Assembly: GCA_003971905.1 (NCBI GenBank)
Contig: RSEE01000111.1
Span: 62,001-126,000 of the forward strand
DNA: 64,000 nt
From: Moniliella sp. 'wahieum'
Lineage: Eukaryota
Direction: 5' to 3'
Below are positions 1-13,148 of this stretch, in pieces. The position numbers and the translations under genes were made by a program. The stretch's first letter is position 1. The number at the start of each line of letters is the position of its first letter. The notes under the pieces are model-generated. The model saw only the letters and a list, made by a program, of their open reading frames with translations, was not told where the DNA came from and searched no databases.

Positions 1-536
1 CACTTTACTCCGATTCGTCGCGTTGGCCTCGGTCACCGCACCGGCTCCCACCAGCGCACCAAATACCTCCGCTTCAATCCTATCCATATCGGCGGGGACC
101 TGGGACCCCGCGTGGCCCAAGCCCGCTCCGGCATAACCAACCAACACGGCAAACTTACGTTTCACGCGCTTTTCCTCCGCCTCGGGCACGCTCTCGCCTG
201 CCAAGTCCGCTGGCGTGGGGTGCCATCCGGGCGGCTGAGCGCGGCGCGAGGAGGGTTGGGTGCGTTGGTCCGGGTGGGGGTGGGAGGAGAGCGGGCGCGG
301 AGGGGCGGGGCGGAGGGGGGCGCCGAGCCAGACGTCTGCTGCCGGATCAGGTCTTCAAACGTGCACGCCGACGCGGCGGGCGGGACGGACGAGGTGGACA
401 GGGAGGACAGGGAGGACGGGTGGGGGGAGGAGGCGCGAGCGGAGCGACAGAGGCCGCACGACAGGTGGAGTGTCCTGCGCGGGACGAGGGGCGCGCGGGG
501 CCGGGGCGCGCACAGCGGCAGACGCACGACGGCCAT
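1..536 (-). CDS. TruA/Pus1-family tRNA pseudouridine synthase, 5' part (runs off the window), likely mitochondrial presequence
   Basis: Minus strand 180->1 reads EAEEKRVKRKFAVLVGYAGAGLGHAGSQVPADMDRIEAEVFGALVGAGAVTEANATNRSKV, matching the Pus1 N-terminal pattern KRKxAVxVGYxG...IExxLFxAxVxAGAIxxxN. The Arg-rich N-terminus MAVVRLPLCAPRPRAPLVPRRTLHLS starts at ATG 536. One frameshift is needed to join them. Confidence 0.75.
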
Positions 537-2795
537 CGTGGCGATGCTGGTCGTGCGAGTGGCGGAGGCGGAGGTGGAGGCGGTGGCCAATGGCCGGTGG
601 CCGATGGGGTGGACCTTCAACGGGCGCGGTGGGCGTGGAAGCTGGACTGGGGCGGTGTGGTGGGCTGCTCAGGCGGCAGCGCACAGGCGTGAACGAAGGA
701 AGGTGGGAGGGAGGGGGTAGGAATGGGAGTGGGTGTGGTTACTTGATTGGCTGGTTTCATGTCATCGATCATGCATCATCCTTCCTCCACACACCCGCAA
801 GAAGGCACAGACACTGCCCCCGCGCCAGCCGCGCCGCGTTAGCTTGTTCCTTCGCGTGGCCATTTCTAAAGTCTGTGGCCCAAGTCGATTGTCGACGAGA
901 GAGGATCCGACGCTGCCACCCAGTGCTCCACCGCCCCCCCCCCGACAGGCCATCCAGCTCGACTCCCCCCGCTACGTCCTCGCCCTCGTCGCCTGTCGCC
1001 AGGCCCCAGGAACAGGGCCTGGCGGGGGAGCGTGTGACTGTCGTGGTCGCGTCAGGCAGTCAGGCAGCATCGCTGACTATGGCCCCGTCAAAGCAAAAAC
1101 CAATCCCAATGGACCATTGCATCATCGCAGCTTGGCAGTGGCCGCTCATCTGTACTATAGCACTCGCCTGCAGCGCTTGGCCGGGGTAGCGTGCTAACCC
1201 TGCGCGTGGCCTGGTCCCACGCCCACGCCCACCTCCCACTTCCGCCTTCCTTCGTAGTCAGTCATCGAGCAGGCCAACTATGCGAATTTAGAATGCCGAC
1301 GGTACTTGGAGGTAATCGATCAAGTGGATCCAGGCCGTAGCCGTAGCACCAGGCACGGCGGACCCAGTTGTCAGACACGCTGGCTGTCGTGTCACCAGTC
1401 CACACCTCATACTCAAAGCGTAGTCAACGTAGTCCACTGTGCGTCCGTCAGATTCATAAACGGGTCTTATGTGGAGCGGATGGCCAAGAGTAGGTCGGAG
1501 CTTTTGGAAGGTCGAGGCGAGGGGTATACATATGCTCATTCGTTTCCACCACAATCAGTGCACCTACTGTGACGTCTCTGGCGCGTACTCGAAGAGGATA
1601 CAGCCAGAAGGTGGATTTGTCTCAACCCATGGCGCAGCGTCTAGTCTTGGCCTAAGTGGCTCAAGTGGATCAACCGGCACAAAGCTTTTAATTGACTGGT
1701 CGCAAACACCAGTACCTACTCTACAGTCTATGGTACCTGGTACCCCTCCGTTTCGGGCGTGGCGGTGGTACGAGCACGAGAACCGAGGTTTCTGCAATGT
1801 CCTAGAGGTTTCTGTTGTCGTGCGGGATGTGGGACACCTCGCAGCCACAATGGTGGTGGGGGACATTTTTGTACTCTTGATGGAACTTTTACGAAGAGGA
1901 CCAAGTCGGACTATGCTCAGATACGTCTGTTGGGCCGTGCACACCTGTTTGGCACACTGACTTTTTGGTTTTGGGACCGGGAGCGGACGTACTCTGGAAC
2001 GAAGGGTAGGGCCGAAGACCTGTTGGTACTGCGTAAGTACAAGTACTGTGACATCAAACGATGATCTTACCTCCAACCGGGGGGGCGGTATACCGGATCA
2101 ATACATGTGCACATCACTATAGCGTCACTACTGGTGCCTGTACTGGTACCTGTATCCCACCAGCGGTGGGAGACGGGGGGGGACGGGTAGGGATTGTGCG
2201 GATGGCCAGAGGTTGATGAGAGACAAAAAGCGATACGAACGTTCTCGTTCTCGTTCTCGGTCGCTTGATCCTTCGTCATCGGCTTTGGTGCGCTGTTGGG
2301 CGGGAGGATGCGCTGGGCTGAGATCTGAAATCTGAGATCTGGGATGCCTTGCAGCACGGCAGCTTGATCCGAAGAAACGGTCGCCCGACCGACGGAATCA
2401 GAAATCAGAAAGAACACAATGCACTACACGTCTATCAAAAGTAGCTACTGCTACTGCTGCCGCCCTCGGGCCCTAGGGCCTGGGCCCTGATTCCCTGGTC
2501 TCACGAGAGGTGGGGCACGTACGGTCGCTAGATGACTAGATCTATACTACGTGGTGAGGATGGGGCGAGGCAAGCCATCGAGTAACTACTACTCGGGCAA
2601 AGCAATGCGTTCGGGCGGTCCGTGCAAGGCAAGGCGGCAGTGCCAAGGGCATACAACTGGCAACTGGCATTCTCATCGGTGATCAATGAGAATGAAAATG
2701 AGAATGAGAATGCGAGGCGAAGCCCGAGACGAGGGGGAGAAAGTACATAGGGGGGGGGGGGGGTATGCGAGGCCAACAGAGAAGGGGAAACAAAA

Positions 2796-3330
2796 TCATA
2801 CACATGATCCACGGCCAAGAGGAAGAGGCAGGCTTAAAACATGGCCACGGTCAGGTACTGTCCGGACCGATCTTGGCGCGGCGTGGGGCCGGTCAGGTGT
2901 GGGTCGGTGTGGGTCCGGGTGGGGGTGGGGTTCGGGCGGGGAAATGAGGATGGCCGGGACGGGTGGTGGGGCGGGCGGGGCCGGGGGCGGGGGGCAGTGT
3001 GCGTCTGGGAGCGGTTTGGGCGCTTGGCGCGGGAGCAAGGCAGCGAAGGGCAGGAGGAACGAGGTGAGGGGGTAGACCCAGAGCGGAAGGATCCATTCAG
3101 GCACGGGCGGGAGCGGCGGGAGCGGGGGCACCCGTTGCGCAGCAGCGCACGCCACGAGTCGTCGGCCGTGGGGTCGGGGGGCAGCGGGAGGTAGGCGACG
3201 TGGCCCGAGACGGGGTCGAGGAAGAGCTGGCGGCCAGTGCGGATGGCGGGGTCGAGCCACCAGTCGTCGATGCCCGCGCGGCGGGCGGCAGGCGGCGGCC
3301 AAACACGCCCCGGCGATGGGCATCATGGTG
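2796..3330 (-). CDS. Possible hypothetical protein (frameshifted)
   Basis: Coding-like, C-ending-codon segments GIDDWWLDPAIRTGRQLFLDPVSGHVAYLPLP and PEWILPLWVYPLTSFLLPFAALLP lie in different frames. No family recognised; ends approximate. Confidence 0.3.
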
Positions 3331-4790
3331 CGCGTGTGGCGGGGGGGCGGGGGGGGGTCCGCGGGGGGGAGGAGGGGCAGGGGGTCGTCCATGGGGGGGG
3401 GGGGGGGGGGGGGTGGGGGGCGGGGGGGAGATGGCGATGGAGAAGCGCGGGTGTCTATACTGGAGCTGCCAGGCACGGGTGGGGCAATGGTGGGAGCAGA
3501 CGGAGGGCGGGCACGGGGGCAGTGGGGGGCGGTGCGCTGAGGCGCATGCGCGCCTTCCGATCTGGCCCGCGCTGTCGCACTCAGCGCTCAGCACGGCTGC
3601 CCCGTGCGGCGACGGGTGGAGTACCAAGTACCAGCGCACGCCTGCGTCGTCAGCCGTTCGCTCCCCGGCCGCGTCCGGCTGCCTTCGGGCCGTCTGGATC
3701 GCCTGCTGGAAGGGGTACTGATAGTGGTAGTGGTAGTGGTACTGAGTACTGACGCAGTCAGAGTAGCCTACGCCCCCATTCCATCGATAGGAGTTCTGAG
3801 ATTCAGATTCAGAATCACCACACCCGTCGATCCGTGACATCATCGATCACACATGCTCTCGATCACCCACCTGCACCCCTGCATCCACCGGGCGACGGCC
3901 GATCAGGCGCATCGATCATCCCGCGCATCCCGCCGGCCCACGGGCGAATGATGTCATGCATCATGCACTGCAGCTGATGACACCCAGCCAGGGTGCTAGC
4001 ACATCAGTACTCAATTCTCCCATCGTCTACCCTCACCATTCCCATGCCCACTCCATTCCCATTCCCATTCCCATTCCCATGCCCATGCCCACTCCCACTC
4101 CCGCTCCCATCGCAACGCAAAGCAAGGAGGCAGATTGAATCGATACGAGATGAAGATGAAGATGATGAGGGAGGCGGAGAAGAAGAGGGAGATGGAGATA
4201 AGGATGGAAATCGAGCACATACATGTCAAATCGTCTTTTGGCACTGGCCCACCCCATCCACCCAACCCAACCCATCCACCCCATCCACTAGGTACACCAC
4301 CCAGGCAACCTAGACAGCAGACCAGGAACTTGCACTCATGCCCAAGTGCGTACCGCGTACCGCGTACCACCTTCCGCGTAGGAACCTCAGGCACTGGAGT
4401 GCGTGGCAGCCAGCAGAGGGAGAAAGAACTGCTTGGACAGGGGCACGCTAGCTACTCGCTCGGTTCTGCGAGGGGGGGCAACAGTGAGCGGTGACATGTG
4501 ACATGTGACACCGCCGATGACATGGAACGCCCAGCACCGATCCTCGCATCGCGCATGTAGGATGTAGGATGTAGGACGAGGTAGGGTGTAGGATACAGGA
4601 CGTGGGATGGGGAAGCATGGGAAGAAGGGTGTCTGTGACTGGTCTTCGCTCCAGCGTCAAGCGTCAAGATGTTCGCTTGGGTCTGGGTCTGGGTCTGGAC
4701 CTGGGTCTGGAGTTGGAGTCGAGCACGGATACGGACCTCCGAGGGACCCCAGTTGGCAGCTGGGAGAACCTGTTCGCCCCCACTTCGTCC

Positions 4791-7700
4791 CTAAACAGGG
4801 ACCAAGAGCGTGCAAGAGCGTGGCAGAGCGTGGCAGAGCGCCAAGCTGCCAGAGTGTGCTAGTGCGCGCGACCGGAAGGGAGCAAGGGCGACGAGCCATT
4901 TTTTCCGACTCAGAGCAAGCCGGGGGAAGGTTCGAGTTGAGCCGGGACCAATCCGCGGCGGGTGAGACGGTTCGCGCAAGTGGCGTAAGAGTTGCAAGGA
5001 GGAATCAGCGAGGAGCTGCAAGGTCCAAAAGGATACGTTGCGGTAGCGTTCCAAGTTAGCGTTTTGGGACATGACGTGAGCCGCTAGAGCCTGGTACACT
5101 TTATCGTACATGATGGGCATGAGACCAGTTTGAGCCAAGTCCATCGACCCATCAAATTCGCTAAGGTCCATCACGATGCGCGCATGGATCGGGATCAGCG
5201 TCCGGTTCGCATTCATAAATGCTACAATTGGTCGGACGAACGCATGGTTCTTGTAGCTCAGCTGGTTGGTGAAGAGTGGCACGGCCGCTTTGATGTCTTT
5301 GAAGCGCACGTCCATGTCGATCACCACAGTGGGAGAGGGACGTTCGAGCGGGAGCGGACCTGCGTCGGGCTCGGAGGGCGGACCAAGGTCCGTCCCAGTC
5401 TCCGAGGAAGAGAGCACCGCGCGCTCGCGCTCAGTAGGTGCAACGGGAAGGGGGGACGATGACGACGCAGAAGCTGACGGGGGCGCCGTGCGACTGGCTC
5501 AGTCACTGGCTGTACCGCGGTGCACCTTGTTCTGCTTCGCTCACGTCTGCCTCCGCCTCTGCCGACGGGACCAAGCACGACGCATGTGGGTCATCCGTGA
5601 TGACGCCCAAGAAGGTCTGACGTCCGTCCTCGGAGAAAAGACTGAGGGTATCGGTCCAAATTTCGCCCGATGAATACGTTCTTTCAAGCGATGCAAAGCG
5701 ACGCGGACGCGTTCTTGTTTGACGTGGAGGGTACGTTGGCGCTCCGCCTCTGCTTCGGACGACAGGGCGACCTGGGACTCCTCGGCTTTCCTTGGGCCAA
5801 CTGGGCACCAGCGCCGACGGCTGTGACGGGGACCTCGATTGCCGGTTCGTTGAGGTCATGTTGGCCCGAGACAAAGCCTCCGCTCGGGCTGGGCGAGCAG
5901 AGACGCGCCTTGCTCAACAGGCTGGGAGGATGGCGTGTGCGTGTGCGGGTACTGGTCCCTGTCGCGCCGACCAGACCAGACAGGTTGGATGCAATCTCAC
6001 TAAAGATGGCGTTGATGTCCATGTCCTCGGTCAGGTCGCGCGGGAAACGCAGGTCGGCCACCACGTCGAACCGGCCACTGAGGATCCATGCAATGGGGCC
6101 AGTGGCCTGGGTCGACTGCGACTGGATGTGGTCAAAGTTGACACCGTCGATGCGGATGCGGGAACTGGTACGAAACGCGCAAAGTCAGTCTGGATTGTCC
6201 CCTGGCATGCGATGTCATAGCCCAGGAGTCGAGGAGGGGCGGGGTAGGCGTAAGGCAGGGGTTAGGGAGGGAAGAGAGGGGGTGGGGGGGGGGGACGTAC
6301 CACGCGGTCCCATTGGCTCTGCTGGTTCTGCGAGCGTTCTTCTCGACGGACTTGCCGACAGACTGGGGCGTGTATGGAGGGAGAAGAGGCATCCATCGAA
6401 CTCCCCGTAATGGAGTTGGCCGAGAGAATGTCGTAAAAGATCCACTGTTTGCGGAAGCGGGGCAAAGAAGCCGAGAAGACAGACATGTTAAACGGCCGGA
6501 ATGTTGGGCTGGTAAATCGTGATCAGCACATCCTCACGTCGAGTCGTTCCAATTCAAAGTCGCCATGTTTGGCAGTACGTCGTGCGGCCTTGGGGTCGTA
6601 CACCGGTTCGGTCCCAAAACACTTGGCGCCGATCCACCGTGCCACGCACACCACGTACCACCGCGCTGCGCAAGATGCCCTTTCCGTCCCACCATTGCCC
6701 AAAATCCAGTTGCACATCAATGCTGTCGACCGACAAGTCAAACATGGTAAAGTTGTTGTTCAACAACTCTTCCTCCAACCCACGCGCGCGCGCCGACATG
6801 GGCATCGCCATCTCCTGGTCTTCGTAGTACATCCCGTCCCACGCATGACCACTGTGGTTGTCCTGTGCACCAGGTAGGGACGGGGGCAGGAGGGCGGGGG
6901 GTGGCGACGTGGGTCTGTGTGCCCGAGGTGGAGTGTAGAGTAGTAACAGAGGAAGGGTACATAGGCCGCATCTCTTCGTCGTCGGCGTATACGGCGAGCG
7001 CCTTTGGCCCGCCAACACTTCCAGACGATTTGGCGCAACGTTTCGGGGTCGTAAGAGGGCGACGGGAGATGAAGACGTTTTTGAAGCTGATTCGCCCTTC
7101 GCGCCACTTGGGCACAATCGCCGACTCGAATACGACGCTCACCCCGTTTCGGCCGTGAGGTAATCGGTCAACTTGCGTGCGATCAGTGGTCCAAGTTTAA
7201 CAGCTTGGCACCGGCAAACACGACGCTGACAAACGTTGTCGTGCCACTACAAACAGCAAGATCGTACCCACTGAACCCAGGGTAAAAAAACGCACTGAGA
7301 TCGTCCGCTTGAACGCCGAAAAGAGCGGATGGTAAACCACTTGAACGGATCTGGAGCCGCGTCCAAAACCCGCGCGCGTACCGCAACAGTTCCTCTTTGG
7401 TAGGACGGTGCCAGGGGGGGGAGGTGCGGGTCGTGGGGATGTGGGTCGTGATCGAGGCGAGGGTGGTAAGGTCGTCGTACAAGCGCGCCCATCGTGGGTT
7501 TCCACAGCGGATCGTCGAACCCGCCCGGGCCAACGTAGGCCGGGAAGGCAAATGCGATGACGAAGGCGAAGAGGAAGATGGAGATGAAGAGGAAGGTGAG
7601 GTGTGAAGGTGAAGTGCGACCGTTGGGATCGGGACGTTCGCCCTACCAGCGGCTGGCGCCGCGGGAGGAATGGAAGGGAGATGAGGCAAGACGACCCCTG

Positions 7701-8221
7701 GATCTGACTCATCTTTTTGTTGAGTGAGAGGAGGGCGAGGTCGCGAAGGCCGGGCGGGTAGTTGTGGAAGAGTTTTGCATCACCGGATAGGACATGGGGG
7801 GCGACCGAGTGGGGAGGGGGAAGCAGGAGCATGAGCAGGAGCAGGAGCAGGAGCAGGAGTAGGGGAGGGAGGACAGGGCTGGAGGACTTCAGCGACGACG
7901 GTATTGGCGAGTGGCAGGGTGTGGGGTCGGAGGGATGGCGACGGGGGGAGGAGGCACGGCCGAGGAGGCAGGGCGCTCAGCATCGTTGGTGGTGGAGGCG
8001 GCGTGGGCGGAGGCGGAGAAGGCGCGGGCAGAGGACAAGGGGGATGGGCATGCGCATGCGCAGGGGAAGGCGCGGACAGCGGCTGGGGCGCAGGAGCGAT
8101 GGTGGCGGAGGAGGGAAGCGAGGGCGCGGTCGCAGCACGGCGGCGGCGGGGGGCAGGGTGCGTGTGGCGGTGCAGGCGAGGGCGCGGGGCGTGCAGCACG
8201 CCGAAGGGGGTGGGCCGGCAT
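4791..8221 (-). CDS. MDM31: Mitochondrial distribution and morphology protein 31/32 family (frameshifted in this assembly)
   Basis: Conserved blocks in successive frames: RPTKEELL..ARGFWTRLQIR/FKWFTIRS, VVFESAIVPKWREGRISFKNVFISRRP, NFTMFDLSVDSIDVQLDFGQWWDGKGIL..VVRGVRGTVDRR, DVRFKDIKAAVPLFTNQLSYKNHAFVRPIVAFMN..RTLIPI..EFDGS. Start and stop approximate. Confidence 0.88.
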
Positions 8222-8614
8222 GGCGGCGGAGGCGGCGGCGGTGTGTGGGAGGACGAGGCGGGAGGGCGATGCTACGCGTGCGGCATGCCGGGTGGCGGTG
8301 GTGGTGAGTATGATGGTGGTGTGGTTCGCCTTCGCCTTCGCCTGGGCGTCCGTCGGCTGGCAGCCAAGAACAAATTTTTGCCAGCCATCCGAATTGAAAC
8401 GGGCCGGCGAGCGTCGTGTGCTGGCACGGCGCCAGTCTCCCATGCTCCCGGGTCCGCCCTGTGTCGAGACAAGCTACTATAATCAATCCACCTATGCTGC
8501 CCTCATGTTATGGCCATTGGACCATCCCTCGATCCATCCATTTGCTCGTGCTTCTCCTCCTCCCCCCCTCTCATCGCCCCGCCACCGCGTTCCTCCGCCA
8601 CGCCTCAAACCGCA

Positions 8615-11214
8615 TCAACATCTCCGGCGTGATGGAGCGGCGGGTGGAGGCAAGCGCCGTGTCCCAATCGCGTTTCGTGATCGTGCGTGCGGGGCGGAGG
8701 GGGCCATGCCAGCGGCCTGGGCGAGAGCCACGACGTCCGCGCCCGAACATCCATCACTAGCCGCCGCCACAGCTGCCAGGTCTACGTCGTCGTCGAGCGG
8801 CATGGCGGCCGTGCTCTTGCGCAGCAATGATAGCCGCTGCGAGCACGGCGGCGGCGGCACAAATAAGTGCACGTCCAGTCGACCTGGACGGAGCAGGGCC
8901 GCGTCCAGTGCCTCGGGTCGATTCGTCGCTGCTAACACCACCACGCCTTCGCCTGCTTTGGTACGTGCTGTCCAGGCCATCGAGCTCGGTGAGCAAGGTG
9001 CCTAGCAACCGGTCCGATACTGCGTCCCCACCACCACCGCTGGCGGCGCCCATACCGCTCCGAGCGGTGGTCAAGGCATCGATCTCATCAAAGAACAGGA
9101 TGCAGGGTGCGGCAGCGCGTGCCTTGCGGAACAGGGCGCGCGTGCGCCGTTCCGACTCGCCCACATACATGCTGTACAGTTCCGGGCCTTTGACAGTGAC
9201 GAAGTTGGCGCCGCTTTCGGTGGCCAGCGCGCGCGCTAGGAGCGTCTTGCTGCACCCCGGTGGGCCGTAGAGCAGTACTCCGCGCGGAGGCGCGATGCCC
9301 AAGCGCGAAAACGACGCTCCATGCTTAAGTGGTGCCTCGACCGCTTGGCGCAACTGCGCCACCACGTCCCACGACCCACTGTCCGCCTGCGCTGGCGTCG
9401 GGTCCGAGCCATCGGGCACAGCTACCTCGGACCAGTGCACCCGTGGCACCTCGACGGCCAACTCGCGCAGCCCCGAAGGACGAACCACATTCAACGCTTC
9501 CAATACGTCTTCCAGCCGCACCGGCTCGAGCGTAGGTGGATGTGGATTCGAGTGCGCCAGATCGACCTGTGCCAAGTCCCGCGCCAACGCCTCCATCTCC
9601 CCTCTGCCGCCCCCTTCCACCTGGTTAGGGTGCGGCGGACGGACGAACGGCGCGGCGGCGAGAGGATCCATACGACCAATCGCGCGCATCGCTGCTTCCC
9701 GCACCACGGCAGCCAAGTCGGCACCGACATACGCATGCGTCTTTCCTGCGACCAAGCCCAGATCGTCCGACGACAGCTCGTGGGGGACCTTGCGCAGCAG
9801 CACGTCCAAAATGTCCCTTCGAGCGGGCAAGTGGGTACGCCCAACTCGATTTCGCGGTCCAAGCGGCCGGGTCGGCGGAGCGCCGGGTCCAGTGCGTTTG
9901 GTCGGTTGGTCGCTGCAATGACGGCGACGCGAGCGCGAGAGCGGGCACGGCCTTTGGTGCCTGCTGTGGCCGAGGAGGCAGATGGGGTGCTCGTACCCAT
10001 ACCATCCAACAGAGTCAACAGCGTAGCTACCACCTTCGATCCACATCGCCCGCGCCTGACGCAGCATCATCACTGGCGCCCGCGTCGGTCGAGGGGCCAC
10101 GCATCAATCTCATCAATCACCACGATGCACGGTTCTCTCCGCTGAGCTTCCTGAAACAGGGCGCGCAACTTGGCTTCCGTTTCGCCGTGGAACGCGCTGC
10201 CGAGTTCAGGCCCGTTGATCTGGACCACACTGGCGCCCACGGCTGCGCACACGGCACGCGCCAAACTCGTCTTGCCCGTTCCCGGGGGACCGTAGAGCAA
10301 TACCCCGCGCGGCGGCTTGAGACCGTACTGCTCAAACAACTCGGGCTGCAGTAACGGCATTCAATCAGTTTGCGCATCTCGTTGATTTCCGTCTCGAGAC
10401 CACCAAGCACCGAGTAGGCTTGGAAGGGGGTCGATGGCCTGCGGGGCGAGCTCGCGGCGTCGGACGAGGGAGGTGCAGCAGTGGCAGTGCCAGGAGCCGG
10501 AGCCCGATCAGGACAGGAGCAGGAGGAAGAAGCTCAAGAGCCGTCTCGGGGGTCACTTTGCACCCTACTCGGTCCCGTGAGGACGGGGATCGGCCATGCC
10601 ATCGACAGCCGCGAGGCGGAAGGTAATCTGCGACGTTGTAGCTCGACACTGGCCTGTGTGCCAAAGTGGAGAAACGTGCGGCTGGTGAGGGTCTGGCGGA
10701 GCAAGGCGACCAGCAACGGGCTTTCCTTGTCAGAGAGCGTTTCCGGCAGGGGCACCGGCACGCCCTCGTCAGAGTCCTGTACATCCTTCACGTGCTCCAA
10801 GCGCCATGCGACCGACGTGGCAGCTGGCAGGCTGTCGGGCGCAACGGCCGCACGCGCAGCGATCCCAGCGGATGTTTGTCGCTCTGGCCCTGTTCGCGGC
10901 GGGAGGAGGCAGGCGCGCACGGGCTCCGGCAGCGCCACATCGTTGTCCAAGATGGTGAAAGAAGGCCAGGCCATGCCGACGTACCACTGGGTGTCGGGGT
11001 CTGCGTCGGCCAGCTTGGCTACCACCTCGGTCGCGTGTCCTTCTTGCCGACCAAGGCGGGCGAGACGACGAGGAGCGGGCTGCCGGCGGGGACGTGCTGG
11101 AGGCGCATGGCCAGCGCGCTGAGGTGGATGGGCAGCGCCGGGTCGTCCGGCTGGGCGGCTATGCCGACGCGGGCGAGGCGAGAGGCCCAGCAGGAAGCTC
11201 GCCTTGGCGCTCAT
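8615..11214 (-). CDS. AFG2: Tandem AAA+ ATPase of the AFG2/DRG1 (SPATA5) type, 60S maturation
   Basis: Two Walker A motifs, [13 protein letters not shown] and [13 protein letters not shown] (the latter typical of Afg2 D2). Walker B motifs IDEIDA and FDEIDA. SRH motifs [21 protein letters not shown] and [19 protein letters not shown]. Several frameshifts; 3' end approximate. Confidence 0.85.
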
Positions 11215-11731
11215 CGGGGCCGGCGGTGGCGTGGACGGCCGAGAGGAAGGACGAAAAAAATAATCCACGCCAACAAAATGGACCAGCAGCCTGGCCGGAG
11301 TTTACGTCACGTGATGCACCTGCTCGTAGTAGCCCCAACATCCACATAACAAGAGGTAGTAGTAGTAGTGCGCTTGTCTGCTACGTAGCGCCCCCTGACT
11401 CTTCTTGGTCCACAGTACTGCTTTGCATAGCCAACACCATTCCTTCCACACACACGCATGCACGACATCTTGCCCGCACACAAGATGCTGGCGGTGATGC
11501 AATCACGATATTTCTGGGGGACCAGGGGGGAGATTGCGCGGGGGACAGGGGGGATATAACGGGCAAAAGAACGAAGAGACCAATCGAAATGCAGCTGACG
11601 AGCCAGCGCCACAGAAATGACAAAAAAAAGAACAAACCAAAGAGGGGTGACCAACCGTACCCGTCGCAGCCGCGTCAAGGGGCCAGGGGAGGTAGGGGGG
11701 GAAGAAGGGTGGGGGGGGGGTATGCGCACGG

Positions 11732-12729
11732 TTAGGCAGAGTGAGCCTTGTTGGCCATTTGGACAAACGCATTGTTGATCACGCCGAGGCGGTCAACGTT
11801 GCCGGCGGCAGGCGCCGAGGAGGCGCTGGCAGCAGGCGCGTTGGTGGGCACGGCCGAGGTGGGGAAGATGGTGGTAGCCTGCTCCGACACCTCCGATACC
11901 CCTTCCTCGAGGGACGCCGCGGCGGAGGCGGAAGCGACGGATGCCACGCTGACCGAGGACGCCGAGGCAAGGCTGACGTGCGACAAGGACGCCTCGGGAA
12001 GCCGCAGCGAAGCGGCGGCGGCCGACGAAGCAGCCGCGGCCGAGGCAGAAGAAGCAGCAGCAGCAGCAGCAGCCGAAGCGGAGGCCTTGGACGCCGAGAC
12101 GGACGACGCGTGGGCACGCCACGCCGAGGCGGCCGAGGCGCTCGAGACGGACGCCTTGGACGCCGAGACGGACGAAGCGTGGGCACGCCACGCCGAGGCA
12201 GCCGAGGCGCTGGAGACGGATGCCTCGGATGCGGCCGAAGCAGCGGCGGCAGACTTGGAGGCGGCGGCAGCCGAGGCACTGGACGCGGCGGCGGCGCATC
12301 GCCAAAGACCCAGGTGATGGGGATCTTGCCGGCGCCGAGCGGGGAGAAGAAGGAGAAGAGGGCCTTGGTCATGTCGAGGTCGGAGCCGCCACAGTTGCCC
12401 TGGCCAGTGGGACAGGCATCGGCGATGGTGGCGGTGTGGGATTGCCGTTGGCGTAGATGGTGATGGTCTGGCCGCAGTACTGGGACTGGGCGTTGAGGTT
12501 GCCGTACATGGGCTGGGCGAGGGCGACGTGAAGGCGTCGGGGAGAGGGCGCCGCAGGCGCCGAGGTCGCCGTGCTGGATCTCGTAGAAGGTGCCGGATGT
12601 TTCGTGGCGGGCAGCGTCGCGGGGGTGGTGGGCGCGGGGGCTGTGGAGGGCGTGGTGCGTGTGCGTGTGCGTGTGCGTGGGCGAGGAGGGGGCGGCGGCG
12701 AGGGCGCCGAGGACGAGGGCGGAGCGCAT
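11732..12729 (-). CDS. Secreted RlpA-like double-psi beta-barrel (expansin/loosenin-like) protein with Ala/Ser-rich tail
   Basis: Signal-like start MRSALVLGALAAA. Motifs GTFYEIQHGDLGACG, CGQTITI and TATIADACPTGQGNCGGSDLDMTKALFSFFSPLGAGKIPITW, followed by a low-complexity A/S tail. Frameshifted. Confidence 0.8.
12085..12222 (-). repeat. 69-bp coding tandem duplication (ASVSSASAASAWRAHASSVSASK x2)
   Basis: Two near-identical 23-codon units in the tail of the RlpA-like protein. Confidence 0.85.
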
Positions 12730-13148
12730 GGTGGCGGCGGTGGGGGGGATGGGTAGGGCAGGAGTGGGGATGGGCAGGAGAAGGTGGTGTGTGAGTGCTA
12801 GCAGTGCGAGGGGCTGTGCGGGTGCGCCCACACTGCCCCTGCGCCTGCGCGGGTGATCGGCGGCGGGGGTTGCGGCTGCGGCACGGGGCAGTGTGTGGCG
12901 GGGGCGCAGCGCCACTGTGGCGGCAGGCGAGCAGGTGGGCTGGAAGCTGGAAGCGCGGCGCGCGGCAGGCACTGGCGGACCTCCCTAACACACCCACCCA
13001 CTGCAATGTTGCATCCCGTGACCCCGCCACGTGACCCCGAAAAGCCTGCGTACGTCAGCCGCCGCCGCCCCCCCCATGGCGCAGCGGCGGCAGAAAACAC
13101 CCCCACCACCGCCTCTGCCCCCCCCCCCATCTCATCCTGCCCGCTACC